Below, one piece after another: positions 48,369 through 59,100 of a stretch of 64,000 nucleotides of DNA. Origin of the DNA: a virus (Duplodnaviria; Caudoviricetes); the IMG/VR virus record IMGVR_UViG_3300031867_000002, positions 32,001 to 96,000 of that record; one strand, given 5' to 3'. The position numbers and the translations under genes are program-made. Under the pieces are notes generated by a model. The model searched no databases, was not told the origin of the DNA, and was given only the letters and a program-made list of their open reading frames with translations. The first letter of the stretch is position 1. Every line of letters starts with the position of its first letter.

Positions 48369-49583
48369 TTATTCTCCGAAAGCTTCCATTGCGTTCATTT
48401 GTGTAAATTTTTCAGTACTGTCATGAAAGGACTTCATCATGATGTTCTTCACAACACTAGCTAATTGTGGTGTTGCAGTGCCGATGTTTGGTGTATCGAG
48501 TAGATAGTATAAGTCTCCAGCACACTTATTACAGATACATTCATTTTTACATAAGCTACTAAAACGTATCTTTACCGTTTTACCTTTATATTTATCCATG
48601 TTAGTACTATCTAGTCTTACTAGTTTATTACCTTCTACTATATAAGAATACATAAGCATATTTAGATAATTTTTATCTAATGTAACAGTAATAGTTCTTT
48701 TAGTTCCACAATCACTACCCTTAGGACCAAGCTTAATATGCTGGAATGCTAGTAAGAACTTCTTTTCTTCATAACCCCAGATAGCAGTTTTTCTAGCACG
48801 AGCATATGGACCTGCGGCAAGTGAGTTAGACATAGCAGCATAGTCGTCTTTAGATACACCTTCTGAATAACAAGAAGTGATAATGTTATATCCCTTTGTT
48901 GGGTCTGGGTCTTTAGCAGCACCTTTCATAACATACATGTTTTTAAAGTTATTACCTAAGTCAGCACCAGCACCAGCTTTAATATTATCCCAAGCGGGGT
49001 CATCTTTAAGTTCTTCTTCACAATACTGGAGAAGTTCTTGCTCTATCTTCTCTGTTACAAATGCATCGCCAGCAGCAATTTCTTTTTCATACTTCTTTAA
49101 GAGTTCTTTCTTCTTTGGTTCAATCTTCTTAGATATTAATAGCATATCTTCAGAAGATGTAGTACAAATTACAGAAGAGTAGTTCATGAACTTTTGAAGA
49201 CACATAATCCACTGTTTGAATTGTGGTACAGTAACTCTATCTTCTAGAATAGCAAGAGAAAGTTTATCTTTCATAGTACCATAAGCTTTTTTATTGAACG
49301 GCTCATTGAAGTAACCAAGTTCATTAAACAAATCAGGATAGTCAATACAAGCCTTATTAAAAAACCATGAACCTACAGTAGTAGTGAAAGTATTCTTGTT
49401 ATTATGATATGACTTAGGTGGTACTTCCATGATGTCATAAGTATTAAACTTCTTCTTACCATTAAACTCACCAAAGCACTCCATAAAAATAGAAGTCTTT
49501 AAACATTCTTTACTAGAAAGAGAGATAAGATATTCAGCTTCTTCTTTCTTAATGAGTCTACCTTTTCTAACTTTATTTGCCAT
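48369..49583 (-). CDS. RNA polymerase beta' subunit, middle/C-terminal part (probably virion RNAP)
   Basis: TTVG..FN, bridge-helix-like TAIWGYEEK, DCGT, C....ICNKCAG and trigger-loop-like MMKSFH; late promoter at 49615. Confidence 0.85.
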   Translation of the reverse strand: MANKVRKGRLIKKEEAEYLISLSSKECLKTSIFMECFGEFNGKKKFNTYDIMEVPPKSYHNNKNTFTTTVGSWFFNKACIDYPDLFNELGYFNEPFNKKAYGTMKDKLSLAILEDRVTVPQFKQWIMCLQKFMNYSSVICTTSSEDMLLISKKIEPKKKELLKKYEKEIAAGDAFVTEKIEQELLQYCEEELKDDPAWDNIKAGAGADLGNNFKNMYVMKGAAKDPDPTKGYNIITSCYSEGVSKDDYAAMSNSLAAGPYARARKTAIWGYEEKKFLLAFQHIKLGPKGSDCGTKRTITVTLDKNYLNMLMYSYIVEGNKLVRLDSTNMDKYKGKTVKIRFSSLCKNECICNKCAGDLYYLLDTPNIGTATPQLASVVKNIMMKSFHDSTEKFTQMNAMEAFGE

Positions 49584-49811
49584 ATAAATATACCTCCTTG
49601 TGTATATATGATATTACTAAATTGTTGAGGTTGTGTAAAACTAAGAGAAGATACTTGTTATATAATAATAGTGAATAAGACAGAAGCAACGTCTATCTGT
49701 CGAGCGGTCCGTGCATACGCTAGGGGTAGCACGAGGCGTAGTTTATCTACGTTCCCAACCTAAGGGAAAAGGAAAACGTTATGAAAAAGAACGAAAAAAA
49801 GAGTACGTATT

Positions 49812-50264
49812 ATGAACGCATTAAGATTAGCTATCAGTCACTCGATGGCAGAAAACAAATTCACAATTGAATACTGCTGCAACGAGTGTACTGAAAAATG
49901 CAACGACTTTATGGTTTCATTTTACGACCATAATCACAGGCATCTTGTCTCAAACTGGCTCGTAAATAGCAGCGAGCCGTATCCGTATTCAACCAGTGGA
50001 ACTATCAATAATCTGGCTAATTGGTTGGATATTGACATCAACCATCTGATGTGGTCTCAGGAGGATGTTCTCCTCCATAAGGTGCGGTATATCCGTATCG
50101 GCAGGAGGTCGTTTATTGAAACAGAAGACGGCTATTTTTACAACCAAGAAAGGGGGTTGGAATACGATGTATTTTCTGGAGCCAAGCGTTCAATCGCTTG
50201 GCCCAGTCGATATATCAATTCATGGTATAGCGACCCTGAGCTTGACAGATACTATCTGGGGTAA
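49812..50264 (+). CDS. Hypothetical protein (early cassette gene)
   Basis: Early variant at 49659, structured leader, terminator at 50296-50332; RBS is weak. Confidence 0.65.
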   Translation: MNALRLAISHSMAENKFTIEYCCNECTEKCNDFMVSFYDHNHRHLVSNWLVNSSEPYPYSTSGTINNLANWLDIDINHLMWSQEDVLLHKVRYIRIGRRSFIETEDGYFYNQERGLEYDVFSGAKRSIAWPSRYINSWYSDPELDRYYLG

Positions 50265-50411
50265 ATTCACATTCTCTACTGCTGCTACGACTGATAAAAA
50301 CAGACAGCCTTTGACAAGCGGTTTGTTTTTTGTAATATTTGTCATAAATGTATATTATAAAAGTGGTAAGTGAGCAACTCTATGATAATATGTTTAAGGA
50401 GGTATCTATAT

Positions 50412-50876
50412 ATGAAAGTAGTTGCTATTAATAATACCGTTGAGAAGCCTACTCCTAAGTATGTGGCTCTCACAGATGTAATGAAAGAAAAGCCTCTTCC
50501 TAAAGAGGTAACCGACCCTAATATCATTAGAAGTAAAGTTCTGGTGATAGAGAATCTTAGTGTTACAATAACACAAGATTTTGATGATGATGTAAATTTT
50601 GTCATTAAGACAGACCCTGGTATATTGTCTGACCATAAGACAATTCCAGAACTTGACATTACTGCAAAAGAAGACATTGAGTTTGACGAAGATATTACAA
50701 AAGCAAAACTTGAAAGTATTATTCGTCGTTGCGGTGTCTTAGACAAATATGCAAAATATTTTGTACAAGACCCAGAGATTGTAATCAATTGTTATACTTT
50801 GACAATCAAGAAGACTTATAAGTATTTCAATGAATTCAAAGAGGGTATCTTAATTGGAGGTGACATTTTTATGTAA
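50412..50876 (+). CDS. Hypothetical protein
   Basis: AAGGAGG RBS before MKVVAI. Confidence 0.72.
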   Translation: MKVVAINNTVEKPTPKYVALTDVMKEKPLPKEVTDPNIIRSKVLVIENLSVTITQDFDDDVNFVIKTDPGILSDHKTIPELDITAKEDIEFDEDITKAKLESIIRRCGVLDKYAKYFVQDPEIVINCYTLTIKKTYKYFNEFKEGILIGGDIFM

Positions 50877-50923
50877 AACAGTATCTCCAACTTAACATTA
50901 ATAAATATAAGGAGGAACATATT

Positions 50924-52570
50924 ATGTCAAAAGTATGCACGCCATCTATACCATCTACAATGACTGAGTCATTACAACCACAACCAATAGTAACTCATAC
51001 AGAGAATTATGATTATTTGTATGAAAGATTAAGTAATTGGTATGAATTTGAAATTAGAGGTAATTATCCTAACAATCAATCACTTGATGAATTTGGACGC
51101 CCGAAGTATAGATATGAGTCTAGAATTGAAGTGATTGACTTTGATGAGGAATGTGAATCAGACCTTATTAAAGGTATTGGATTTATCATTACTAAAAAAC
51201 AAGACATCAAAAAAGATATTCGTAGTAATGATAGTATTTTTAGTAGTAGATATGGATTACAGATTGATGACATGACACCATTTGGAGATGTCTATAAATG
51301 TGATTGTGGACGTATGCAAATGAAAGTGAACAAAGGATTGTTTTGTCCTATATGTCATACAAAAGTTAAATATGTAGGTAGCGACTTTAGTATTACTGGT
51401 TGGATTAAAATCAATGAACCTCATTTTGTAATTCATCCTAACATGTTTAAGAAATTGATAAGCTTTATTGGTAAGAAAAATCTCGATTCTATTATTAATC
51501 TAGACTATAAGATTGATGAAGATGGATTTCAAATTAAGAAAGACACATTGAAGTCTAATCCATTTATCGGTATCGGATTTGAAGAATTCCGTAATCAATT
51601 TGATGAAGTGATGGAGTTCTTTAAAAATAAGCATAAGAATAATCAGAATAAGCTTGAATTCTATGATGATATTATGTCTCATAGAAATCTTATTTTTACT
51701 CACAGCTTACCTGTATATACGTCTCAATTAAGACCATATAGTATTAAGAAGAATAGATTTAGTTTTGAAGGTAATAATGCGTTATATAATGTAATAGCGG
51801 GTACAGCAGCAAAGCTAAATAAATCTCAATTCAATTCTCGTGGTAGAGCAAAATCTACAAATCAATTAATCTATGATATCCAAATGAGATATATGGAAAT
51901 ATATGCTGATTTGGAAAAGATTATTGCTCAGAAGAAAGGTTATGTTAGAGCATTAAATGGTGGTAGATATAATTTTACTGCTCGTAATGTAATTATTCCT
52001 GACCCAGATTTGAGAATTGATGAGATTATCTTACCATATTCTACTCTTATTGAATTGATGAGTTTAACAATCATTAATATCTTGACAAAAACCTATAGTC
52101 CTAGCGAAGCATATCGTATCTGGGACGAAGCAAGAATTGAATATAATCCTATGATTGCTGACCTGATTCAATCTATTATTGATAGTCAGTATGTAGGTAT
52201 TATATTAAATAGAAATCCTAGTATCTCACCAGCATCTATTATCCAGCTTCATCTTATTGGAGTTACTAAAGATGACACTTATAGTTGTAGAGTTCCTCAT
52301 GAAATTCTTAAATCTATGGGTGCAGATTTCGATGGTGATACTTTGAATATCATGCTTATAATTAATGATAACTTTTTGATTAATGCAGCTCGTTTGTTTA
52401 ATCCTAGACTGTCTATGCAAATCAGTTATAATGATGGTATGTTTAATGCTAACATGGCATTACAGACAGATACAATGATTTGTATCAATAGCTTTACTCA
52501 GCTTGGTATCGATGAGATTACAGAAGAAGAGTATGCTATGATTGAAGCTTGTCAGATGTGTGAAGATTAA
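50924..52570 (+). CDS. RNA polymerase beta' subunit N-terminal part with catalytic motif
   Basis: Zn finger CDCG...CPIC, RYNFTARNVI.P, LNRNPSI and GADFDGD. Confidence 0.92.
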   Translation: MSKVCTPSIPSTMTESLQPQPIVTHTENYDYLYERLSNWYEFEIRGNYPNNQSLDEFGRPKYRYESRIEVIDFDEECESDLIKGIGFIITKKQDIKKDIRSNDSIFSSRYGLQIDDMTPFGDVYKCDCGRMQMKVNKGLFCPICHTKVKYVGSDFSITGWIKINEPHFVIHPNMFKKLISFIGKKNLDSIINLDYKIDEDGFQIKKDTLKSNPFIGIGFEEFRNQFDEVMEFFKNKHKNNQNKLEFYDDIMSHRNLIFTHSLPVYTSQLRPYSIKKNRFSFEGNNALYNVIAGTAAKLNKSQFNSRGRAKSTNQLIYDIQMRYMEIYADLEKIIAQKKGYVRALNGGRYNFTARNVIIPDPDLRIDEIILPYSTLIELMSLTIINILTKTYSPSEAYRIWDEARIEYNPMIADLIQSIIDSQYVGIILNRNPSISPASIIQLHLIGVTKDDTYSCRVPHEILKSMGADFDGDTLNIMLIINDNFLINAARLFNPRLSMQISYNDGMFNANMALQTDTMICINSFTQLGIDEITEEEYAMIEACQMCED

Positions 52571-52626
52571 GATATAAACAACCCTCAGGAACAATTCCTG
52601 AGGGTTTACTTTAAGGAGGAATAATC

Positions 52627-53577
52627 ATGAGAATATTAACTAATACTAATACAGGTTGTATCATTTCCGATACAGAACTTTTCCTTGAATATCTTTATGT
52701 TGGAGATTATGGTAAAGAAAATAATATTAAAGCAGACTTTCTTGGTTATACTAAAAGAATTGAAAAAGTAGAACATAGACCAGTAGATATTACAGATAAA
52801 CTGGTTGTTACTGTTTCTAGTCAAAAGGGTTGTCCTATGAAGTGTAACTTCTGTGATTGTCCTAAACTTGGTTTTCATGGTAATCTTAGTATTTATGAAT
52901 TAGTATCTGAAATTACAACAGCTATTTCACTTTCTAAGATTTCTCACGGTAAGCGTCTAAATGTTCATTTTGCTCGTATGGGAGAACCGACGTTCAATTT
53001 TAATGTTATAGATGCTGCAAGAATTATTGGTAGTATGATAAATGATACTTTTATGGAATATCATCCAGTAGTATCTACAATGATGCCTAAAAATAATAAA
53101 CGTCTAAAAGAATTCTTATTTGGTTGGACAGAGTTATTTTCAATATCTGATTGGAATGGTGGCATCGGACTTCAGTTCTCTATCAATACACTTGATGAAG
53201 AGGAAAGAAATAAGATGTTCGACAATAAGTCTCTGTCTCTTGAAGAAATTGGTAATATTATTAACGAACTTCCTATGCCAATAGGTAGAAAATATACACT
53301 AAACTTTGCAGTTACATCTAAGTCTAATCTAGATGTAAACTTAATGAATAAGTATTTTGATAAAAATAAATGCATTGTTAAAATTACACCTATTCATAAG
53401 ACACATGAAGCTGTAGATAATAATTATGAGATTATTACGGACTTCAATGTATATGAGAAATTTGAAAAGCCGTTGGTAGAAGATGGTTGGGATGTAATAG
53501 TATTTATACCATCTAAAGAAGAAGATGAGGACAGAATTACTTGTGGTAATTCTTTAATTGTAATGGGTTTATCTTAA
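52627..53577 (+). CDS. RlmN/Cfr-like radical SAM protein
   Basis: VSSQKGCPMKCNFC, GNL..E, RMGEP, VST, LQFS and C-terminal TCG. Confidence 0.82.
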   Translation: MRILTNTNTGCIISDTELFLEYLYVGDYGKENNIKADFLGYTKRIEKVEHRPVDITDKLVVTVSSQKGCPMKCNFCDCPKLGFHGNLSIYELVSEITTAISLSKISHGKRLNVHFARMGEPTFNFNVIDAARIIGSMINDTFMEYHPVVSTMMPKNNKRLKEFLFGWTELFSISDWNGGIGLQFSINTLDEEERNKMFDNKSLSLEEIGNIINELPMPIGRKYTLNFAVTSKSNLDVNLMNKYFDKNKCIVKITPIHKTHEAVDNNYEIITDFNVYEKFEKPLVEDGWDVIVFIPSKEEDEDRITCGNSLIVMGLS

Positions 53578-53589
53578 GGAGGATTTTAT

Positions 53590-54123
53590 ATGTTTTTACA
53601 CGAAATATATAACGCTACTTGTGTTAAGTACTTTCTCATTTATAAAGACAAAGAAGAAGTAAAAGAAAGAGTTATTCACTTCTTTACTACTAATGACAAT
53701 ATTATAAATATCATTAAGTATGCTAAGAATGAAGGAGCAGATTATATCTGTTATAGATACAGCGGTCCAATTTGTGATATTATGCCAGTATTATCTATAA
53801 AAGGATTTGATTGTGTCGCTGTAATTAAGAAAGATGATTTTTCTGATAGTTTAAAAGCTGGTAGATTAAAAGAATGTGTAATGAATGCTATTGAGACTGA
53901 AAAAGAAACTCATGGAGCTTTAAGACACAGATATTATATATCTCCTGTTAAGACATTACGAATTATAGAAGAAATGGAGAAATACTGTGGGAATTCAACT
54001 AAGAAAAAACTTCTTCAAAGAATCCTCACACTAGTTGAAGGTGACTGTACAAGAAATGAAGCACGAGAACAAGCTACAAAAGATATATTGAGATTTAAAG
54101 GTAAAATACCTAATAAGGATTAA
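53590..54123 (+). CDS. Hypothetical protein
   Basis: AAGGAGG RBS; terminator at 54134-54175. Confidence 0.72.
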   Translation: MFLHEIYNATCVKYFLIYKDKEEVKERVIHFFTTNDNIINIIKYAKNEGADYICYRYSGPICDIMPVLSIKGFDCVAVIKKDDFSDSLKAGRLKECVMNAIETEKETHGALRHRYYISPVKTLRIIEEMEKYCGNSTKKKLLQRILTLVEGDCTRNEAREQATKDILRFKGKIPNKD

Positions 54124-54353
54124 ATTTTTTAATAAAGGAAACCCAGTGCTTAATTGCACTGGGTTTCTTTTTTTTGTAAAAGTTTACTATGTTACTTGTA
54201 TATAATAATAATGAATAGAAGATAATAATCTGCTGTTCAACTGGAGCGTGTAAAAAGTCTACGTTCCAGATTCCGTATATATTTATTTAAATCTTTTAGG
54301 TAAGAGGCCTAGTCAGCCCACCACTTAGTGGTCAGTCCTAGGAGGACAAAATT

Positions 54354-54731
54354 ATGTTATACGCAATTAAGCTCGCAGCTATTTTGAAAGCAACAAATCT
54401 TATGCTTGATAGCGAACTCGCTATTATTGATGACGGAAATTATCCTGATAAGGCGGCAGACAATATTCAGAGAGTTCGTTTTCTCAACTGTGTTGAAACG
54501 CTGAAAGCTGGTTTCGAGAATGATAAATATATAATTAAACTCGTGCCAGTTAGATTCAACAACACTGATATCTTTTATCCACTGATTGATTCAGATAAGC
54601 GGCAGAGATATACAGCTAAAGCTAAACCTCTTGCTGAAACTCTTGAAAAGTTCAGCAATAAATTAGGAGTCGAGGTCAGAGACCCTTCAGAGTTTGGCGA
54701 ATTCCAAAAATTTTTGATGAAGGAGGTGTGA
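54354..54731 (+). CDS. Hypothetical protein (early cassette gene 1)
   Basis: AGGAGG RBS; early variant at 54199. Confidence 0.75.
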   Translation: MLYAIKLAAILKATNLMLDSELAIIDDGNYPDKAADNIQRVRFLNCVETLKAGFENDKYIIKLVPVRFNNTDIFYPLIDSDKRQRYTAKAKPLAETLEKFSNKLGVEVRDPSEFGEFQKFLMKEV

Positions 54732-54734
54732 AAT

Positions 54735-55034
54735 ATGCTGTTTAACGAACTTAAAGAAATCGAAAAAAGCGGCGCTCGTGAAAGAGCGTTAATCCACAGA
54801 CAATGTGAAGAAGAGATTGTTGAAATCCGTCGCAAGAAGGACGAAGCAATTGAAAAGATTGACCGTCAGCATAAACAGACAATGGCATCTATTGAGGCTG
54901 AGCATACAACAAAAATGAAAATGCTCAATGAAAAAAGTAAAGATATTCGCGCAGCGATTGAAGAGGCAAAAGCAAATGGAAACTTTTCAAAGGTATGTGA
55001 ACTGCTCGAACAAATGGCTAAAAGCATCACTTAA
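54735..55034 (+). CDS. Coiled-coil hypothetical protein (early cassette gene 2)
   Basis: AGGAGGT RBS; terminator at 55051-55085. Confidence 0.75.
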   Translation: MLFNELKEIEKSGARERALIHRQCEEEIVEIRRKKDEAIEKIDRQHKQTMASIEAEHTTKMKMLNEKSKDIRAAIEEAKANGNFSKVCELLEQMAKSIT

Positions 55035-55087
55035 ACTTAATGAGAATGAAAGAAGACTGGACTTTACATCCAGCCTTCTTTTTTGTA

Positions 55088-56137
55088 TTAATAGTAAAGA
55101 TAGTATGTGATATCAATACCCTTGCTAGTATCAATAAGTGCTTCGTTAGGGAAGTTGAATCTAGTGAATGGACGAATATCTAGATATTCAAGTTTATCAC
55201 CATCTCTTACATATGGGACTGCGGTGCATAGAGAAATAGTATTAACTTTAGAATCATTAATACCTGTTCTTTTTTGGAAGTATTCTCTACAATCTGTTGC
55301 GGATACAGACATCTTTAGTTGTACGACTACTTCTGCTTCAGATGCACGTTTATCTGCCCATACATCATCTACATTAGTAAGGAATGTACTATCATCTGCA
55401 TAACGACGAATAAGCTTTGGTTCTTCATCAAATGCTTTAAAGAAATATGCAACTACATTTGTTGCTACTTCTGCACGACCAAAATATTGTTCTCTATATA
55501 CATCATCTAAATCTGCATCAGAAGTTCTATATTTAAATGGAACTAAACAATTATCAATATGACTGTAAGTATTATTACCACCAGTACCATCATTATAATC
55601 TGCATAACCATAAGGAGCAATCCATTTAGTATTATGAACTTTAAATACTCTAGATGCTTCTACACCACAACCATCAATACCGAGACACCAGAGACAAACT
55701 CTACGAGTAAAGTACTGATAGAATTTCTGACTATTTATATCTCCAAATGTAAGAGAACCAGCTACGTTGCTAAGAACACTATTAGCTACTCCAGTATAGA
55801 ATCCAAGTCCTTTACTAGTTCCATTTGTTGCGATATCATCTACACCGATAGGAGTAGTTACACCAGCTTTAAATTTGAATGGTTTATTTGCTGCAAAAAA
55901 TGCTTGGTCATAGCTTGGAATATTAGCAAGAAAGTCATTACTAGATTCGCACATAAAACCATCATAATCAAAATCTTTAATAGCATTAAATTCAGAACCA
56001 GAAACAATTACTTTATTACTACCTCTGAATAATACTTTACCACTATCAAGTTCTTTAAGAATAATACTAGTACCTTTCACACTAGCAGATTCTTTAATAT
56101 TATCACCTTTATCAAAGATGGTTAATTTTTTATCCAT
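55088..56137 (-). CDS. Putative baseplate/virion structural protein
   Basis: NKVIVSG, CLGIDG, YFFKAF, INTISL-like VNTISL and terminal IDITYYLYY; coupled to the 1588-aa gene. Confidence 0.6.
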   Translation of the reverse strand: MDKKLTIFDKGDNIKESASVKGTSIILKELDSGKVLFRGSNKVIVSGSEFNAIKDFDYDGFMCESSNDFLANIPSYDQAFFAANKPFKFKAGVTTPIGVDDIATNGTSKGLGFYTGVANSVLSNVAGSLTFGDINSQKFYQYFTRRVCLWCLGIDGCGVEASRVFKVHNTKWIAPYGYADYNDGTGGNNTYSHIDNCLVPFKYRTSDADLDDVYREQYFGRAEVATNVVAYFFKAFDEEPKLIRRYADDSTFLTNVDDVWADKRASEAEVVVQLKMSVSATDCREYFQKRTGINDSKVNTISLCTAVPYVRDGDKLEYLDIRPFTRFNFPNEALIDTSKGIDITYYLYY

Positions 56138-56152
56138 AAGTATACCTCCTAA

Positions 56153-59100
56153 TTATGGGAATAAATAATTTCCGTTAGAATCTTGTGTTACGTCTCCTGT
56201 ATATTCAACTACATTTATTTCTATCTTCTCACTAGGAGATACAATATCTCTGTAGTTAAGATTAGATTTGAATTCTGGATAATCAAATCTATGACCATAA
56301 ATCTTTTCACCAAATCCAAATGTAACTCTATATTCTTCAAAGGTTATTTCTTCAAAGTCAATCTTCTCACCAATCTTAATAGGGTCTCTATATTCGGTAT
56401 AATTGTGAAAATATTTATACTCCTTAGGTCTGATTTTCTCCAATAGATTATCGAATGTAGTATTATAATACATATCATCAAGAATCTGTACATGATTATT
56501 GTAAGGGTCATCTATAACATAAGTAACAGCAGTATCTAAAATCTGGGTCTTCCAAGATTTAAAGAATATTACCATTTTCAAAATATAGTTTTGAATATTC
56601 TGAACGTTTGCTGTTGGTATAAGATTAAAGATATATCTCCATTCTTTTTTATCAAAGTACTTTTCTAATGCTAATACAATCATCTCACATAAATATTCTA
56701 TTCTTTGACGTTTTTCATCACTAGGAATATATGATTGTTTTACTGGGTCCCAAGTATTACTATAGTTATACTTGATATCAATAAGATGATTATATAAATC
56801 TATATTACGATATTGCATGTATTCATAATAGTCAGATGCAATCTTCCATTCAAAGTCTAAGGTTAGTTCTATAGGTTCTAACATATCTACTTGTTGAACG
56901 ATTATATGAATTTGACCATCTTCTAGTTTCTCTACAATTACAGTATAATCAGATGTAGTTGTAGTACCTTCAATAAAGTCATTTATAGAACCATCATCAT
57001 TTAGTGTTACTGGAATAATGATATTAATATTCTTAGAGTTCTGTAGCATATAATGATGTTCTTCTGCTATAATGAATACTTTATTATCTTCTTCGTATAC
57101 ATTATTTGGGAACATAAATCCACGAGGAAATTCTATTGGTATATCATTAGATACATAGTATTCTTTTATACCACTTTCTTTATATTTTCTTTCAATGTAC
57201 ATACATTCTACAGTATCTGTACCATCTTCACTTATATAACTACATTCTGTAAAGTCAGCATTATGTTGAAAATGATAATTTATAGGATTACCATCTTCTG
57301 TATTTTGGTCTATAAGTTGGAATATAGGAAAACCTTCATTATCTTTGATATAAGAAACTCTATCTATAATATAATATGTAGAGTTTTCGTCATTCTTATC
57401 TGTATATACAGGTTTACCATCACCATTTATGAGTCTATAAAAATCATGATTCATCTTAGTTTCCATAAATGAATCATATAAGATTTTATATATATCATAC
57501 ATACGTTTAGATTCTGCTGTTCTTAGCATATAAGTAAGATGTTGATACAGATTAGTATTAGAATAGTATATCTTTTTAAGCATATTAATACGCTCTAAAT
57601 CAGATGCATTTTCTTCCATAGCATTTAATATAGCTGTATTTAACCACATACCATGAGAATTATTATCATCATTAGGATATTGTGTAGGTCTCCATGATAA
57701 ATCCATTGTAGAGAATTGTCCTGTAGACCAATCATATTTTACTGCATTACAAAGATTATACTTCCATATATCAGAAGAACCGAAGTTTATATCAAACTTA
57801 GCAGATGTAATACAATCTTTTGCACATTGTTCATAACGACCACTTAGAAAAGCTCCTAGTTTAATTGCTTCTCCAGTAGGTATTTGTGCTTCATCATATT
57901 CTATACATCTATCATAGGCTGCGTTACCATCTAAATCTATTGGTTCACCTAGATATGTTTTTATACCTTGAATATCTAGTTTACCATTTTCATCATATAC
58001 ATCTGGAACGTATTCTATAAAACTATCATATCTTTCACTCATCCATCCTTTTTCTAATGGATTCATACCGTAACCATTTTCTACGGTATGTTCTTCACCA
58101 AACTCATCTATATAAGTATAATCATTTACTGGTTTATTTAAATAATTATTATAGATATGGTGTTGATTTTGTAGATAGTTATAGATATCAGTCCAATCTG
58201 TATCAAAGTTAAATCCATTAATATACATATTCTTTTCCATATCAGATGCAACGTTATCTGGTTCTACACCTTGATATAGATAATTCAATGCAATAGCAAA
58301 AGTTAACAAGTCATTTAATCTAACTCTTCCACTCGATACTAATTCTGTATCTACATCTAACATTAATAATTCTTCATCTCTATGCTTATCATATAGCATA
58401 TTCATAAAGTATGATAATTGATATGACATCTTAGTTAAATCAATAGATGCTTCTACACCAATATACTTAGTACGTTCTATAGTAAATTCTTTATTAAGAA
58501 TTTCTTGTTTCTTAGATTGATGTAATTTTTCTCGTTCTGCTTCTGTTAATATATCAAAAGTAGATACACCATCCCAAAATGGGTCGGCTAGTGTAATCAT
58601 ATCATAATTACGTCGCATATCATAACGTTCAAGCATCTTATATGCATTAGGGTCTAAGATAGGTACTTTAAGAAAACATATGTCATAATTCTTTCTAAAG
58701 AATTCTTGTCCTACCATGTCTTTAGTAATAACTTCATATACATATGCAGAAGTATAGATTGGAATATTGTCATGTCCTATTGTAGTGACCATATCACCAA
58801 TCTCAAAATCACTAATGCCTTTTCCTAATTGTCCTACTACATAATTTAAATCCATCCAGCCAATATATTGCGGAGTAGGATTATTTACTTCATCTATTTC
58901 TAAATCAGAGAAGATACCTTCTATATAACTTCTAACAGCAATCAGATAAGTTTCTCTAAATAACTTAGTCCACTTATCATAACTGCTAGAATATCTTTCT
59001 GGACTAACTGTAAAGCTATAATTGTTTTGAAAGATATAAGCATCTCTATGATTTTCCATATCTTCAAGATATTCTTTTTCATTTTGTTTATAGTCAAAGA

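Noticed and set aside
50412-50876. Chimallin at the position next to the beta' gene
   Set aside because: Far too short (~155 aa versus >600 aa), with no recognisable similarity.
1234-52570. Introns or inteins in RNAP, gyrase or helicase genes
   Set aside because: Conserved motifs are contiguous and no intein termini or interrupted frames are seen. The split RNAP subunits are normal for phiKZ/AR9-like phages, and the HNH gene is free-standing.
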